Of a DNA stretch of 64,000 bases, positions 9,682 through 18,836 are shown piece by piece. Each line of letters begins with the position of its first letter. Within the stretch, counting starts at the first letter, position 1. This DNA is from a virus. The notes below the pieces were generated by a model that saw only the letters and a list, made by a program, of their open reading frames with translations, was not told where the DNA came from and made no database searches. The stretch covers positions 37,261 to 101,260 of the IMG/VR virus record IMGVR_UViG_3300047546_001263; one strand, given 5' to 3'. The translations under genes and the position numbers were made by a program.

Positions 9682-10482
9682 TTATTCGTTAAAAAGGTCA
9701 TCAAATTTACTTACCGTGTCTTTCAAACCAGGAGCTGCAGTTTCTAAAGTAAAGTCAGTTGAATGACTACCTAAAGTCTGAGTCAGGTTGTCTGCTGGAG
9801 GAGCTGCTGGAGTTTCCTCATCTGCTGAACCAGGAGTTAAGTAATTTTGTAATTGCTTTTTAATGAACTCATAATCGTATTGAGTATGAATCTCAACAGG
9901 GTGTGGTTGGTTCTTTAACCATAAGTCAACTTGTGCTGCATTATCTGATAATGGAGTTTGCTTAGGTCGAATACGAACCGATGTGGTTGGGTATGGGTTA
10001 CCAGCAGCAACTTCTACTACTAAGTCCCATCCATTCATTACGTCTGTGTAATCTCCTACCTCTTCGTCTTGAGCTAATGCTAATAACGCTTTGTAGATCG
10101 TCACACCAAATCCCCATAAACGAACACCTTTCTCTTCTTCACCTTTTACGATTACTGGAGCGAAAATACGTGTCTTGGGGTTAAGTTTACCGGCTAATGT
10201 CCAGTTATCCTTATCTGAAGTCTTCTTTAATTCCTTAATGAATTCTTCAATAGGATCTTGTTTTCCGAAGTTAGATAAAGCGGCCATAGGGTATTTACCA
10301 ATTCCATAGTGAAACTTTACTTCCTTAAATGGAAGATTAGGATCATACATAGAAGGTACAATACGAATAGTGCTTTTTCCAATTTCAGGTTTCCAGAAGG
10401 TAGCTGAATAGTCTACTTTCTCTCTTTCTTGTCCGCCGTTATTCAACGCAGACAGCTTTGCTTTGATTGCATCTAGATTCAT
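9682..10482 (-). CDS. Single-stranded DNA-binding protein (T4 gp32-like)
   Basis: FWKP..TIRIVP..HY..DPIEEF, RLWGFG, acidic tail KFDDLFNE; adjacent to recombinase. Confidence 0.8.
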   Translation of the reverse strand: MNLDAIKAKLSALNNGGQEREKVDYSATFWKPEIGKSTIRIVPSMYDPNLPFKEVKFHYGIGKYPMAALSNFGKQDPIEEFIKELKKTSDKDNWTLAGKLNPKTRIFAPVIVKGEEEKGVRLWGFGVTIYKALLALAQDEEVGDYTDVMNGWDLVVEVAAGNPYPTTSVRIRPKQTPLSDNAAQVDLWLKNQPHPVEIHTQYDYEFIKKQLQNYLTPGSADEETPAAPPADNLTQTLGSHSTDFTLETAAPGLKDTVSKFDDLFNE

Positions 10483-10510
10483 AATATAACTTTAATTGTT
10501 TATAACTTAT

Positions 10511-10522
10511 TAAATATACGAA
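10511..10522 (-). promoter_or_regulatory. TTCGTATATTTA promoter-like motif upstream of SSB (class shared with 12355, 23625 and 41260)
   Basis: Recurrent TTCGTAnnTTwA found 18-31 bp upstream of start codons; resembles the Bacteroidota -7 element TAnnTTTG. Confidence 0.55.
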
Positions 10523-10529
10523 ATTACTC

Positions 10530-10988
10530 TCAATTCTCCAACTCTACGATCTTAAATAATTTAGTATTTACTCTTTTTAATTCCGGACCTTTCGTTAATA
10601 GAATACAATTCTTGTAATCAGTCCAGTTAATCTTAAAAGAAGTATCTAACACTCCGTTATTAAGTTCTTTGATTAGGGTATTAAGTGCGTTAATCGTATA
10701 AAGGGTATTTGCTTCTTTCTTGCGATGTACTAGAATAGTATTATCGATGAAGTTAGAAACGTTGCCAAAATCTACATTATAAGTACAGATGTATTCATCT
10801 TGGCTTTTTGAATATAAAACAAATATCTTATTGTAGATTATTCTATATTTTTGTACTATATTTTCTATTGTTGCATCCAATTCCTCTCCTGTGGAGAAAG
10901 TGCAGAACAGTTTATTACTCATATCCTCAGTTAAATATATTTGATCGATATCGTAATCGAATCGACTTTGAGACATAACATTTTCCAT
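10530..10988 (-). CDS. Hypothetical protein (true start may be downstream)
   Basis: Intact 152-aa ORF between the PolA-like gene and SSB, with a TATTTATA motif upstream. Confidence 0.7.
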   Translation of the reverse strand: MENVMSQSRFDYDIDQIYLTEDMSNKLFCTFSTGEELDATIENIVQKYRIIYNKIFVLYSKSQDEYICTYNVDFGNVSNFIDNTILVHRKKEANTLYTINALNTLIKELNNGVLDTSFKINWTDYKNCILLTKGPELKRVNTKLFKIVELEN

Positions 10989-11014
10989 TGTGTAATTATA
11001 AATATTAAAAGGTT

Positions 11015-12337
11015 TTACAAAACCAGGTTTTCTGATGTTTTTATTTTAACTGGGTATTTCTTATTTTCGCTTAGTATCAATGCTAATTCGTTAAGTATAT
11101 GCTCTCCATCTTCTTTAGCATAGTCAAAAAGTATTGCATCGTAAGTATATAAAGCTATTTTAGTCTTTTTATCTCTAAGATACTTTAACACTTCTTTTAA
11201 TATAAGGACATTTCTTGCAGTTTCCAACGATTGCATAATATAATTCATAAGTTTCTGCGGATGCATATCTTTTAGATTCTGATTAAACGGCTTATTGCTG
11301 ATAGGAGTACGTGCTTCTCCTTTAGAAAACTCACTCCATAAGTAGTTAATATAATTTTGAATCTTGATAAAAATCTCTAAATTTTTATATCCTTCTGGTA
11401 TTCTACCGTAGATAGCCTGGAAGTTTATCTGTTTAGCTTCCTGGTATTCTTCTTGAGTAATATCTTCTTTACCAAAGTAGTACTTTCCTAAGGCTTTGTG
11501 AGCTGATTCTCCTTCTATCTTAAAGTCAATCTGCTCTGATAATAATCGTAGATGGTACCCGTCAAAATCAAATTCAACAAAGCAATCATATTGAGGAATA
11601 ATAGCTTTTCTATACTCTTCTTCTTTAGGTATAGCTGCAAAGTTTACACTATTAAATGCGTTAGTAGGTCTTGAAGTACTATTATATAGGTTGTAGTATG
11701 TATAAGCTATATTATCCTGTATATTAAACCGTGGTGTATTTGGTTTAAATAAGTCTATAAACGGTTGATATATAACTCTTAATCCATGCTGTTCTAGTAA
11801 GTAAAATACCTTAACAGCAACATCGTTATAGAACTTAAAAGTCTCTTCTTTAGGTTCTTCAATATACTTCTCTATTACATCAAATACTTTTTCACTCTGT
11901 TCATGTAGTTTAGATAAAGGTATTATCTGATTTACATTATCAAAGTCTTTAAACTTATTATAGAACCAATTTATTGTTGATAATTTACTAGGTAGTTCAA
12001 GCTTTTCGTAATACCAGAAAGCTCTCCAAAGGTTAATATCAATTGCGTCTATAAGCGGAAAATGATACAGTAGGTTCTTTTTATCTAAAACATAGACTTT
12101 CCTGTAAGTCTTAAGTATCTCAAATACTTCTGCTTTTTCTACGTTTAATCCTTCATCATGGTTTATAGGGATAATGTACCCTCCGGTATCATCCAAGGGC
12201 CTAATGTAGACTGCTACAGTTGTAGTAAGTTTGGGATGGAAGTTATCGTTAGATGAAATTACATCTACATAAACATCGGTATCCGGATAGCTTCGCAGTC
12301 TATCTAGCTGCTGCTTATTTTCTACTATATAAAACAT
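11015..12337 (-). CDS. Compact, divergent family A polymerase-like protein
   Basis: Motif A-like FDFDGYHLRLL, motif B-like AKQINFQAIYG, NYIMQS, motif C-like YTYDAILFD. Confidence 0.75.
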   Translation of the reverse strand: MFYIVENKQQLDRLRSYPDTDVYVDVISSNDNFHPKLTTTVAVYIRPLDDTGGYIIPINHDEGLNVEKAEVFEILKTYRKVYVLDKKNLLYHFPLIDAIDINLWRAFWYYEKLELPSKLSTINWFYNKFKDFDNVNQIIPLSKLHEQSEKVFDVIEKYIEEPKEETFKFYNDVAVKVFYLLEQHGLRVIYQPFIDLFKPNTPRFNIQDNIAYTYYNLYNSTSRPTNAFNSVNFAAIPKEEEYRKAIIPQYDCFVEFDFDGYHLRLLSEQIDFKIEGESAHKALGKYYFGKEDITQEEYQEAKQINFQAIYGRIPEGYKNLEIFIKIQNYINYLWSEFSKGEARTPISNKPFNQNLKDMHPQKLMNYIMQSLETARNVLILKEVLKYLRDKKTKIALYTYDAILFDYAKEDGEHILNELALILSENKKYPVKIKTSENLVL

Positions 12338-12354
12338 TTATTATAACCTTTTAC

Positions 12355-12366
12355 TTAAGATACGAA
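12355..12366 (-). promoter_or_regulatory. TTCGTATCTTAA promoter-like motif upstream of PolA-like gene
   Basis: Matches the TTCGTAnnTTwA class, 18 bp upstream of the ATG at 12337. Confidence 0.5.
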
Positions 12367-12386
12367 CTATTTTGTTAAGATCAAAC

Positions 12387-13541
12387 TTAACATTGTTTTA
12401 TATCATAAAGTTTTCCGTCTCTATCAATCTTTGCAGTATAGTCTCCATATCCTTCTACGCGAATAGTGTAGTAGAGGTTGTAAGATTCTGGTGACTGTAT
12501 CTTTGGGTTGATATTAGGTATCCTTCTAACCGGGTAGTATACGTTCCCGCTAACGGCATTTTTAGTTCTGTAGTACTTAACATCTTTCTTAGGATTACCT
12601 TCATCATCTAATAAAGGTCCTTCTTGATTGTATATCTTCATACTTACTGGAACGAAAGAACCACATGATCTTTCGGCACTAGGATTTCCTACTTGAGCCT
12701 GATACCATGTTAATGATTTAGCGTATGCTGATGTTGAATCGGCACTTTGTGCTCCTTCGTTTGCAGCTGCTTCTCCAGCATTGGCTTCTGATTGAGGAAG
12801 CTCAGGAAGCGGAGGTAATTCTTCTTGCTCTATTACTTTTTTATTAGATGCGTTGACTACAGTAAGTCCTCTAGTCTCTAAGGTAGTAACTTCGTTCTTT
12901 TCTTTCTTTAATTGCTTGAATTTAGAAGCTTCTTCAACTACAAATTGTTTTAGGTCTGATAAAAAGTCTGTCATACCGGGTATAACTTCTTCAGCTTGTA
13001 ATACAACGTCTCTATTCCTTGCTATTGCTCCAGGATATATGTACCCATTTACTGTTTCATCTTCGGAGGGTCCTAGGAGGTTCCACTCTAACTTAGTTCT
13101 TCTATAGTAGCCCTTATCCGCTATACTCCTATATGTTTCTGATGTTATTTCTTTTATTTCTCCGTTTCTAACATCTTGTAAAAAATACCTTCTAAAAGTT
13201 CCTTGTATATAATCTTCTTCAGTTGGTTTTGGGTAGTAGAAAGCTTCTGTTGATTTATTCTTTATACCCGGAGGGACCATGTTGTATGCAGGGTTAGATC
13301 CTACATTTTCTAGGAGTAATGTAGCTTTCGCAAAGTTACCTTTTAGTAGATCTTCTAAAGCTACCTTATATTTACTTCCCCAAGAAGTTGCTACCCCTAC
13401 TAAGTCATCAACTGGTTTATTTAGTATATCAGTATACTTAGCATAATCATTAGATGCTTCTCCTGTAGCTTGTCCAAGTGCTTCAATAACATATTGAGAA
13501 CCGGGTACGTAGCTTAATATATCGCTTTTAATATCTGCCAT
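12387..13541 (-). CDS. Hypothetical protein, probably baseplate-associated
   Basis: 384-aa ORF tightly packed at the end of the baseplate operon; no recognised family. Confidence 0.6.
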   Translation of the reverse strand: MADIKSDILSYVPGSQYVIEALGQATGEASNDYAKYTDILNKPVDDLVGVATSWGSKYKVALEDLLKGNFAKATLLLENVGSNPAYNMVPPGIKNKSTEAFYYPKPTEEDYIQGTFRRYFLQDVRNGEIKEITSETYRSIADKGYYRRTKLEWNLLGPSEDETVNGYIYPGAIARNRDVVLQAEEVIPGMTDFLSDLKQFVVEEASKFKQLKKEKNEVTTLETRGLTVVNASNKKVIEQEELPPLPELPQSEANAGEAAANEGAQSADSTSAYAKSLTWYQAQVGNPSAERSCGSFVPVSMKIYNQEGPLLDDEGNPKKDVKYYRTKNAVSGNVYYPVRRIPNINPKIQSPESYNLYYTIRVEGYGDYTAKIDRDGKLYDIKQC

Positions 13542-13543
13542 CT

Positions 13544-16489
13544 CTACAATACTATTTCTTTGTTGTTAAGTAATACGTAAGAAAATTTATTCGATTTAGT
13601 AGCTTTTTGACTCTTATTCGACAATTCCATTAGTCTGTTATGTTGCTTTTCATTTGCAAATACTTGACAACCTGCTGACCAGTTATCTACAGTTTTATTA
13701 GCTGCTGTAGATGCTCCTGAGTTGTGTAGTTGCATACCGCCACCGTCTTGGAATAAACCTGCTAGATTTGCACCTAAGCTTCCTTGTGGGGTAACTGCTA
13801 AAGTTAACCAGTTATCGCTATAGTTTTTATCTCTATGAGCAGATTGGGAAGACACTGATCGTAAAGCAAGGTGCGGCTTAGCACTTCCACCATGGTGCAT
13901 ACCAGGAGTATACTGATTAATATATTGCTTTTCTTTCATTATACCTACTCCATTTGCATTTTTTGATTGAGCAGCAAATTTACTATTAGTAGATAAAGAG
14001 AAACTTGCCCCCGGTACTGTAGTAGCAGGATAACTTTCAGCAAACTTTTGACCGTTTTCTATCCATGCAACTATTACTATATCGGTAAATCTATTAGTAA
14101 GTGGATGCTTAACTCCACCTGCTCCATCACTAACTTGTCCGGACGTATTTCTTACTCCTACTATGTTTAACTGCAATTCTCCGCTAAACCATTGATATTT
14201 CTTTCTTTCAACAGCTGCTTTTACTTTATCATAAGAAACGTTTGTTCCTAATGCTGTTTGAGTCTGTAACTTATCTGTAGCATTTGGATCTGCTGCTGCT
14301 GCATCTGCAGGTACAGGTTTTGTTTGTGGTTGAGTTGTACCACCTGAGGCTGATGCTTTATTTAAGACAGAGGTATCCACCCCTGTAATTTTTTTCAAAT
14401 TATACATTAATGCTCCAACTTCGGTTTTCCAACCTCCATCACCTATACTATGGTCAACCCTTGTAATAATAAACCCTATATTTCCTCCAGAATATGCCTT
14501 AGGAAGCACTTTCATGGAATTAGCAGAAAGTTTAAATACTTCTCCTATTCTGAATCCTCCAATTCCATGTAATGTAAAGGATAATTCTACCGGGATTGTA
14601 CCAGGTGCTGGCATACCTTCTTGGCTGCATATAGCTGGAACCATTGCTGCCTGGTATTTCTGATGACCTGATTGAATACCTTTAAATAAATCCGGATCAT
14701 ATTGCTGGTCTGTAAACCATCCGGTTCCGTTAAATTTTTCAAATGCTTCTTTGCATCTATCGTTCCATTCTGCTTTTTCGTCTGCTTCTTTTGCAGTTAC
14801 ATCTTCCGTAGGTGAGGCTTGTGTTGCGCCTTCATTTTTTCGTGGAAAAATTCTATCAGAATGTCCTCTATTCCACTGCAACATTTCAGCTACGTTTTGT
14901 TTAGTTCCAGTACCGCTAGCTTGAGCTGCTATAGAAACCTGGCTTGCTAATTTATTAGTAATTTTAGATTCAGTCTTAATATCATAAGCAAATGAACCTA
15001 AACCTATTAAATCTATCTCTTTTACAGAATCTAAAGCTTCTCCTTTAATTTTACATTTTCTATCTACTATAGCCCATTCATCTTTATCTTCATCATAGTT
15101 TACATCAAATTCATTAACTCCTCCTAATGCTTCATTGAGTCCTCCTAGTATTGCCTTTACTACATCTAAGACACCTGGTTCATTTTCTTTTGCCTGGTCA
15201 TCATCGTATATTGCATCTAGTTTTTCATAGAGGTATAAGTTAGAGACACAGATATTTAAGACGTCATCTGATGGTGTAAGAGCGGCAGTTATTCCTGGGT
15301 GTAGTGCTATACCGGCTGGTTTAGATTCCCATTGACTATTCTTAGGATTAAGATTAGGAGTAACACATACAAAAGGGTTTATACTATGGTGCTGTGCGTG
15401 TGTGAAAAATCCGTTATACTCTTCTTTACTTGTCTTGAATTTTACAGCTCTTTGATCATTACCCACCCACATCATTGATGTATTTAAAACAGCTAAAACC
15501 GTTCTCAACGAAATATAAATAAAAGTAGTCTTATCATCAAAAAAGCTTGTAGGTGATTTAATATCAAACCCAGGTGCTGCTGCTGCGTAACATTCTTCAG
15601 GTTTTAATAAAGCTGCTAATCCAGGTGCTTTACCTGTTTTAAGTGCAGATATAACTCCTTCCCCATTCATTTCTCCTGATTTCTGGGATAGTTCTATTCG
15701 TTTACAGAAAAAGTGTAGCAAACTTTTTCTTTCAGATTTATCATTAAAACCAGCTGCCAAATTTCCAGCATTCTTCTCTACCATAGCTGGGTCAAAAGAT
15801 GACTTAATAGATTCTATCACCTCACCTTTTGATATCAACATTAGGTTTATATCATATGTACCGTCGGCATTAAAAGTCCAATTGAAGTTTTTACATATTG
15901 CTACTATAGCATCATAATTATAGTTCGTACTAACTCTAGCAGATCTAATAGACTCCATAATAGAGTCATACTTAGCACCAGCTAAAAATTTGTTAGCAGC
16001 TTCTCTATGTTGCATAGTTTTTTGATTACCTGAATCGTCTATGTACATAGAATGTCCCCATTCTAACAAGAAGCTAAAACCTGGGCGACAATAAAGATCG
16101 TAGATAATATCAAGGTCGCCTACATTATAAGCTTTAACTGTAATCTCTACATCTCTTAAAGCACCAAAAGTTCCTTTTGTTTTGACTTTAGCATCTATAA
16201 TACCTGGACGTGGAGTAAAAAGTCTTTCATCATCCCCGGCTGCGGTTAATTTGTAACCTACCGGGTCGCCTGTTTTAATATCGTTTTGAAAAGCTAATCC
16301 TCCTTCTAACTTAAAATCACTTGTACTATAAGTAGGGTGAACTACGCTTGAATATAAATTTAAAAAAGGGTTGTTACCGTGTAAAGCAGAAAGTCCATCC
16401 TTATAACTGTCGCCTCTAAGGAACTTAGATCTTGCGTTTAACTGGGTTGATACGCCAGGTTGTAAACTACCTCCTAAAAACTTTGCCAT
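13544..16489 (-). CDS. Baseplate hub-like protein with C-terminal putative peptidoglycan-active (YkuD-like His/Cys) domain
   Basis: Follows the LysM baseplate gene; LLEWGHS region; C-terminal LNIVGVRN..ATTVPG..MQLHNSG..NWSAGCQVF. Confidence 0.6.
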   Translation of the reverse strand: MAKFLGGSLQPGVSTQLNARSKFLRGDSYKDGLSALHGNNPFLNLYSSVVHPTYSTSDFKLEGGLAFQNDIKTGDPVGYKLTAAGDDERLFTPRPGIIDAKVKTKGTFGALRDVEITVKAYNVGDLDIIYDLYCRPGFSFLLEWGHSMYIDDSGNQKTMQHREAANKFLAGAKYDSIMESIRSARVSTNYNYDAIVAICKNFNWTFNADGTYDINLMLISKGEVIESIKSSFDPAMVEKNAGNLAAGFNDKSERKSLLHFFCKRIELSQKSGEMNGEGVISALKTGKAPGLAALLKPEECYAAAAPGFDIKSPTSFFDDKTTFIYISLRTVLAVLNTSMMWVGNDQRAVKFKTSKEEYNGFFTHAQHHSINPFVCVTPNLNPKNSQWESKPAGIALHPGITAALTPSDDVLNICVSNLYLYEKLDAIYDDDQAKENEPGVLDVVKAILGGLNEALGGVNEFDVNYDEDKDEWAIVDRKCKIKGEALDSVKEIDLIGLGSFAYDIKTESKITNKLASQVSIAAQASGTGTKQNVAEMLQWNRGHSDRIFPRKNEGATQASPTEDVTAKEADEKAEWNDRCKEAFEKFNGTGWFTDQQYDPDLFKGIQSGHQKYQAAMVPAICSQEGMPAPGTIPVELSFTLHGIGGFRIGEVFKLSANSMKVLPKAYSGGNIGFIITRVDHSIGDGGWKTEVGALMYNLKKITGVDTSVLNKASASGGTTQPQTKPVPADAAAADPNATDKLQTQTALGTNVSYDKVKAAVERKKYQWFSGELQLNIVGVRNTSGQVSDGAGGVKHPLTNRFTDIVIVAWIENGQKFAESYPATTVPGASFSLSTNSKFAAQSKNANGVGIMKEKQYINQYTPGMHHGGSAKPHLALRSVSSQSAHRDKNYSDNWLTLAVTPQGSLGANLAGLFQDGGGMQLHNSGASTAANKTVDNWSAGCQVFANEKQHNRLMELSNKSQKATKSNKFSYVLLNNKEIVL

Positions 16490-16791
16490 TATCGTTCTCT
16501 ATTTACCTTTTCAAAAGACAGTAATACAGCATTTTTATCATGAGGTATTCTTAACTGTACTCCTGGTGTTGGTATTAAATTAAATCTACTATGTGTATTA
16601 GCACTTGCAATAATCCACCATAATGAAGCATCTTTATAATACTGTAAGGCAAGAGTATCGTAGCGATCTCCTCCTGTTGTTATAACATAAAAATCATCCT
16701 CATGTTCTGGTATATCTGGGTAGATAGGATTGCGTTTATATCGCATTCCTTCTGCTGTTTTATATTCCTTAATATGAGTATATCTATCCAT
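16489..16791 (-). CDS. LysM-like baseplate protein (gp53/tail X-like)
   Basis: GDRYDTLALQYYKDASLWWIIASAN..PGVQLRIP. Confidence 0.8.
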   Translation of the reverse strand: MDRYTHIKEYKTAEGMRYKRNPIYPDIPEHEDDFYVITTGGDRYDTLALQYYKDASLWWIIASANTHSRFNLIPTPGVQLRIPHDKNAVLLSFEKVNRER

Positions 16792-16809
16792 TATCTTAAT
16801 TTACGAAAT

Positions 16810-18588
16810 TTATCGCTTAAATCCAAAATATTCCTTACCTGTTTGTGCTACTTTAGGAGTAAATGTATGAATTACTGTCATATCAAGAGCTACAGATAAC
16901 ATATGTGGTACTTCTTCGAATCCTTTTAGTTCAAAATCTATTTCCCAAGGTGTGCTAACATCCCAGGTTAACCCGACACTATTTAAAAGTACCGGTTGGT
17001 TATAAAAATACGTACCAATGTCTAGTATAACATAAGTACCTCTCATGAAAATATTACCTGAACCGTAAGTTGGTGCTGTAGCAGAAGCTAATTTGTTTAG
17101 TCTCTCATAATACATCATCAACTCTTTTTGATTCTTACCAGCCATTTTAAAACCTAAAGAAGCTTTTCTCTCAAATCCTCCGTAGTTGTAGAACTGTTCA
17201 CCACGGCCTACATATCTTTGTCCGTTCCATGTAGCATTAAAGTTATCACTTAAGCTATCTAAGTAAGCCCAAAAATGTAATGTTTCTTTTGCTTCTGGGG
17301 TTACTATGGTAAAAGTAAAAGGAATCATTTCATCGTTCCTTTGTACATCAGTACCGTTAGGTTCTTCTAACTTACTACCTTTACCTTGAACTGCTATACT
17401 CTTTGTTGTATAATCACCAGCTCCTCCTGATCCTTTTTGTCTAGAATCTCTCTTAGGTGATTCACCTCCTACGTAAGACTTACCTCCTCCAAATCCTAAT
17501 TCAGAAGGTTTTTTACCCGGTGCTGTATCTCCTTGTAAAGGTTCTCCTCCAGGTTGTAGGTAGGGCTGTAGTTTATTTTCTTTTACAGTAGCACCTACTT
17601 TAGGTGTCTTAGTACTTGTGACTGCTCCTGTACCTGTTCCTCCATCTGCCTCTTGTGGATTTAGTTTATTTGTAGATTTCTGGAAAGGGTCTTTATTATC
17701 TCTATTTCTAGCAGCTGTGACATCATACCCTTCTTCTTTATCTACTTTTAAATCTGCTAAAGGTGATTGGAATTTATCTACTACTTCAGTAGGATCATCA
17801 TCAATTCTAACAGGTACATTTGCATCTATACTAGTACCTTCTGTTCCTTTAATTAATACCCTACCATCCTGTCTCAGATAGGTATCATCAATGTTTGTTT
17901 TTAATTCTTGATCAACTCTATCTAAACCTTCATTAGCGGTTCTGTAACCATCTAAACCAGTATTATCAGGTATTACTTTTCCATTCTCTTTTGCAAGTAC
18001 TTTTCCTTCTTGTTTGATATAAGATTGTGCTATATCAATAGGACGGGCATCTTTAAACTCAATCTCATCTGTAAATTGAGTATCTATCATAGGTCTATAA
18101 CCCTCTTCACCTCTGTGATCGAGAATTACATTCTTACCGTTTAAGACAGATTTAGCTCCATTTACTCCTCCGGTGCCTGCGGTAGTTTTTAAGAACCTAT
18201 CTAACCAGGTACTTCTTTGACCACCTTGCTTTAAATACTCGTTTCCTCCAAAGCCAATAACAAAGTGAGTACCTGTTCCATTTACAGGTACTTGCGCTAA
18301 AGTACTTCCGATGACTTTTGCAGTATTGCCGAGGCTGTTTAGTAATTTTCTCCCAAAGCCTTTCTTTTCATTAAAAGCAAAGTTTAACTCTGCTTGATGT
18401 AAAGTCCACTTTAATCCAGGAGTGTCAACAAGTAGTTTACTTATTCTTCTAAGATCATCTACTCGTGCAGTTACTTCGTTACCTAAGACATTATACCGAG
18501 GAGGATTATTTATATCTTTTTCAATATAAGGTCCTGCATCGCCGTACTTTAAACTCTTAAGATTTGTCTGAAGAGGTAGTAAAGGCAT
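16810..18588 (-). CDS. Baseplate / tube-initiator-like protein
   Basis: C-terminal YLDSLSDNFNATW..YVGRGEQFYNYGGFERKASLGF tube-fold-like region; lies after the tape measure gene. Confidence 0.55.
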   Translation of the reverse strand: MPLLPLQTNLKSLKYGDAGPYIEKDINNPPRYNVLGNEVTARVDDLRRISKLLVDTPGLKWTLHQAELNFAFNEKKGFGRKLLNSLGNTAKVIGSTLAQVPVNGTGTHFVIGFGGNEYLKQGGQRSTWLDRFLKTTAGTGGVNGAKSVLNGKNVILDHRGEEGYRPMIDTQFTDEIEFKDARPIDIAQSYIKQEGKVLAKENGKVIPDNTGLDGYRTANEGLDRVDQELKTNIDDTYLRQDGRVLIKGTEGTSIDANVPVRIDDDPTEVVDKFQSPLADLKVDKEEGYDVTAARNRDNKDPFQKSTNKLNPQEADGGTGTGAVTSTKTPKVGATVKENKLQPYLQPGGEPLQGDTAPGKKPSELGFGGGKSYVGGESPKRDSRQKGSGGAGDYTTKSIAVQGKGSKLEEPNGTDVQRNDEMIPFTFTIVTPEAKETLHFWAYLDSLSDNFNATWNGQRYVGRGEQFYNYGGFERKASLGFKMAGKNQKELMMYYERLNKLASATAPTYGSGNIFMRGTYVILDIGTYFYNQPVLLNSVGLTWDVSTPWEIDFELKGFEEVPHMLSVALDMTVIHTFTPKVAQTGKEYFGFKR

Positions 18589-18590
18589 AC

Positions 18591-18797
18591 TTAAACTGGA
18601 GGATTATCTAAATACTTAGCAGGTGTAGCACCGTTTAAGTCTAGACCTGAAGTTGCTTTTGTAAACTCCGGTATGTTGTTAATAGAAGAAGTCTTGTGTT
18701 GAGTAGATTTTCCAGTTGCACCTACCGGTACTTTTGGAGTCTTACCCTTCAATCCTAATCTAGAATTTGGAGTTTGATTGTCTAAAATTCCTTTCAT
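18591..18797 (-). CDS. Small hypothetical protein
   Basis: 68-aa ORF with its own TATTTATA motif (18821-18828). Confidence 0.65.
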   Translation of the reverse strand: MKGILDNQTPNSRLGLKGKTPKVPVGATGKSTQHKTSSINNIPEFTKATSGLDLNGATPAKYLDNPPV

Positions 18798-18836
18798 TGT
18801 TTTTAATTTATTAGTTCGTTTATAAATAGTTTGTTA

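Noticed and set aside
16796-16807. TTCGTAAATTAA as another promoter of the TTCGTA class
   Set aside because: It is only 4-5 bp from the next ATG within an apparently continuous operon, too close to call
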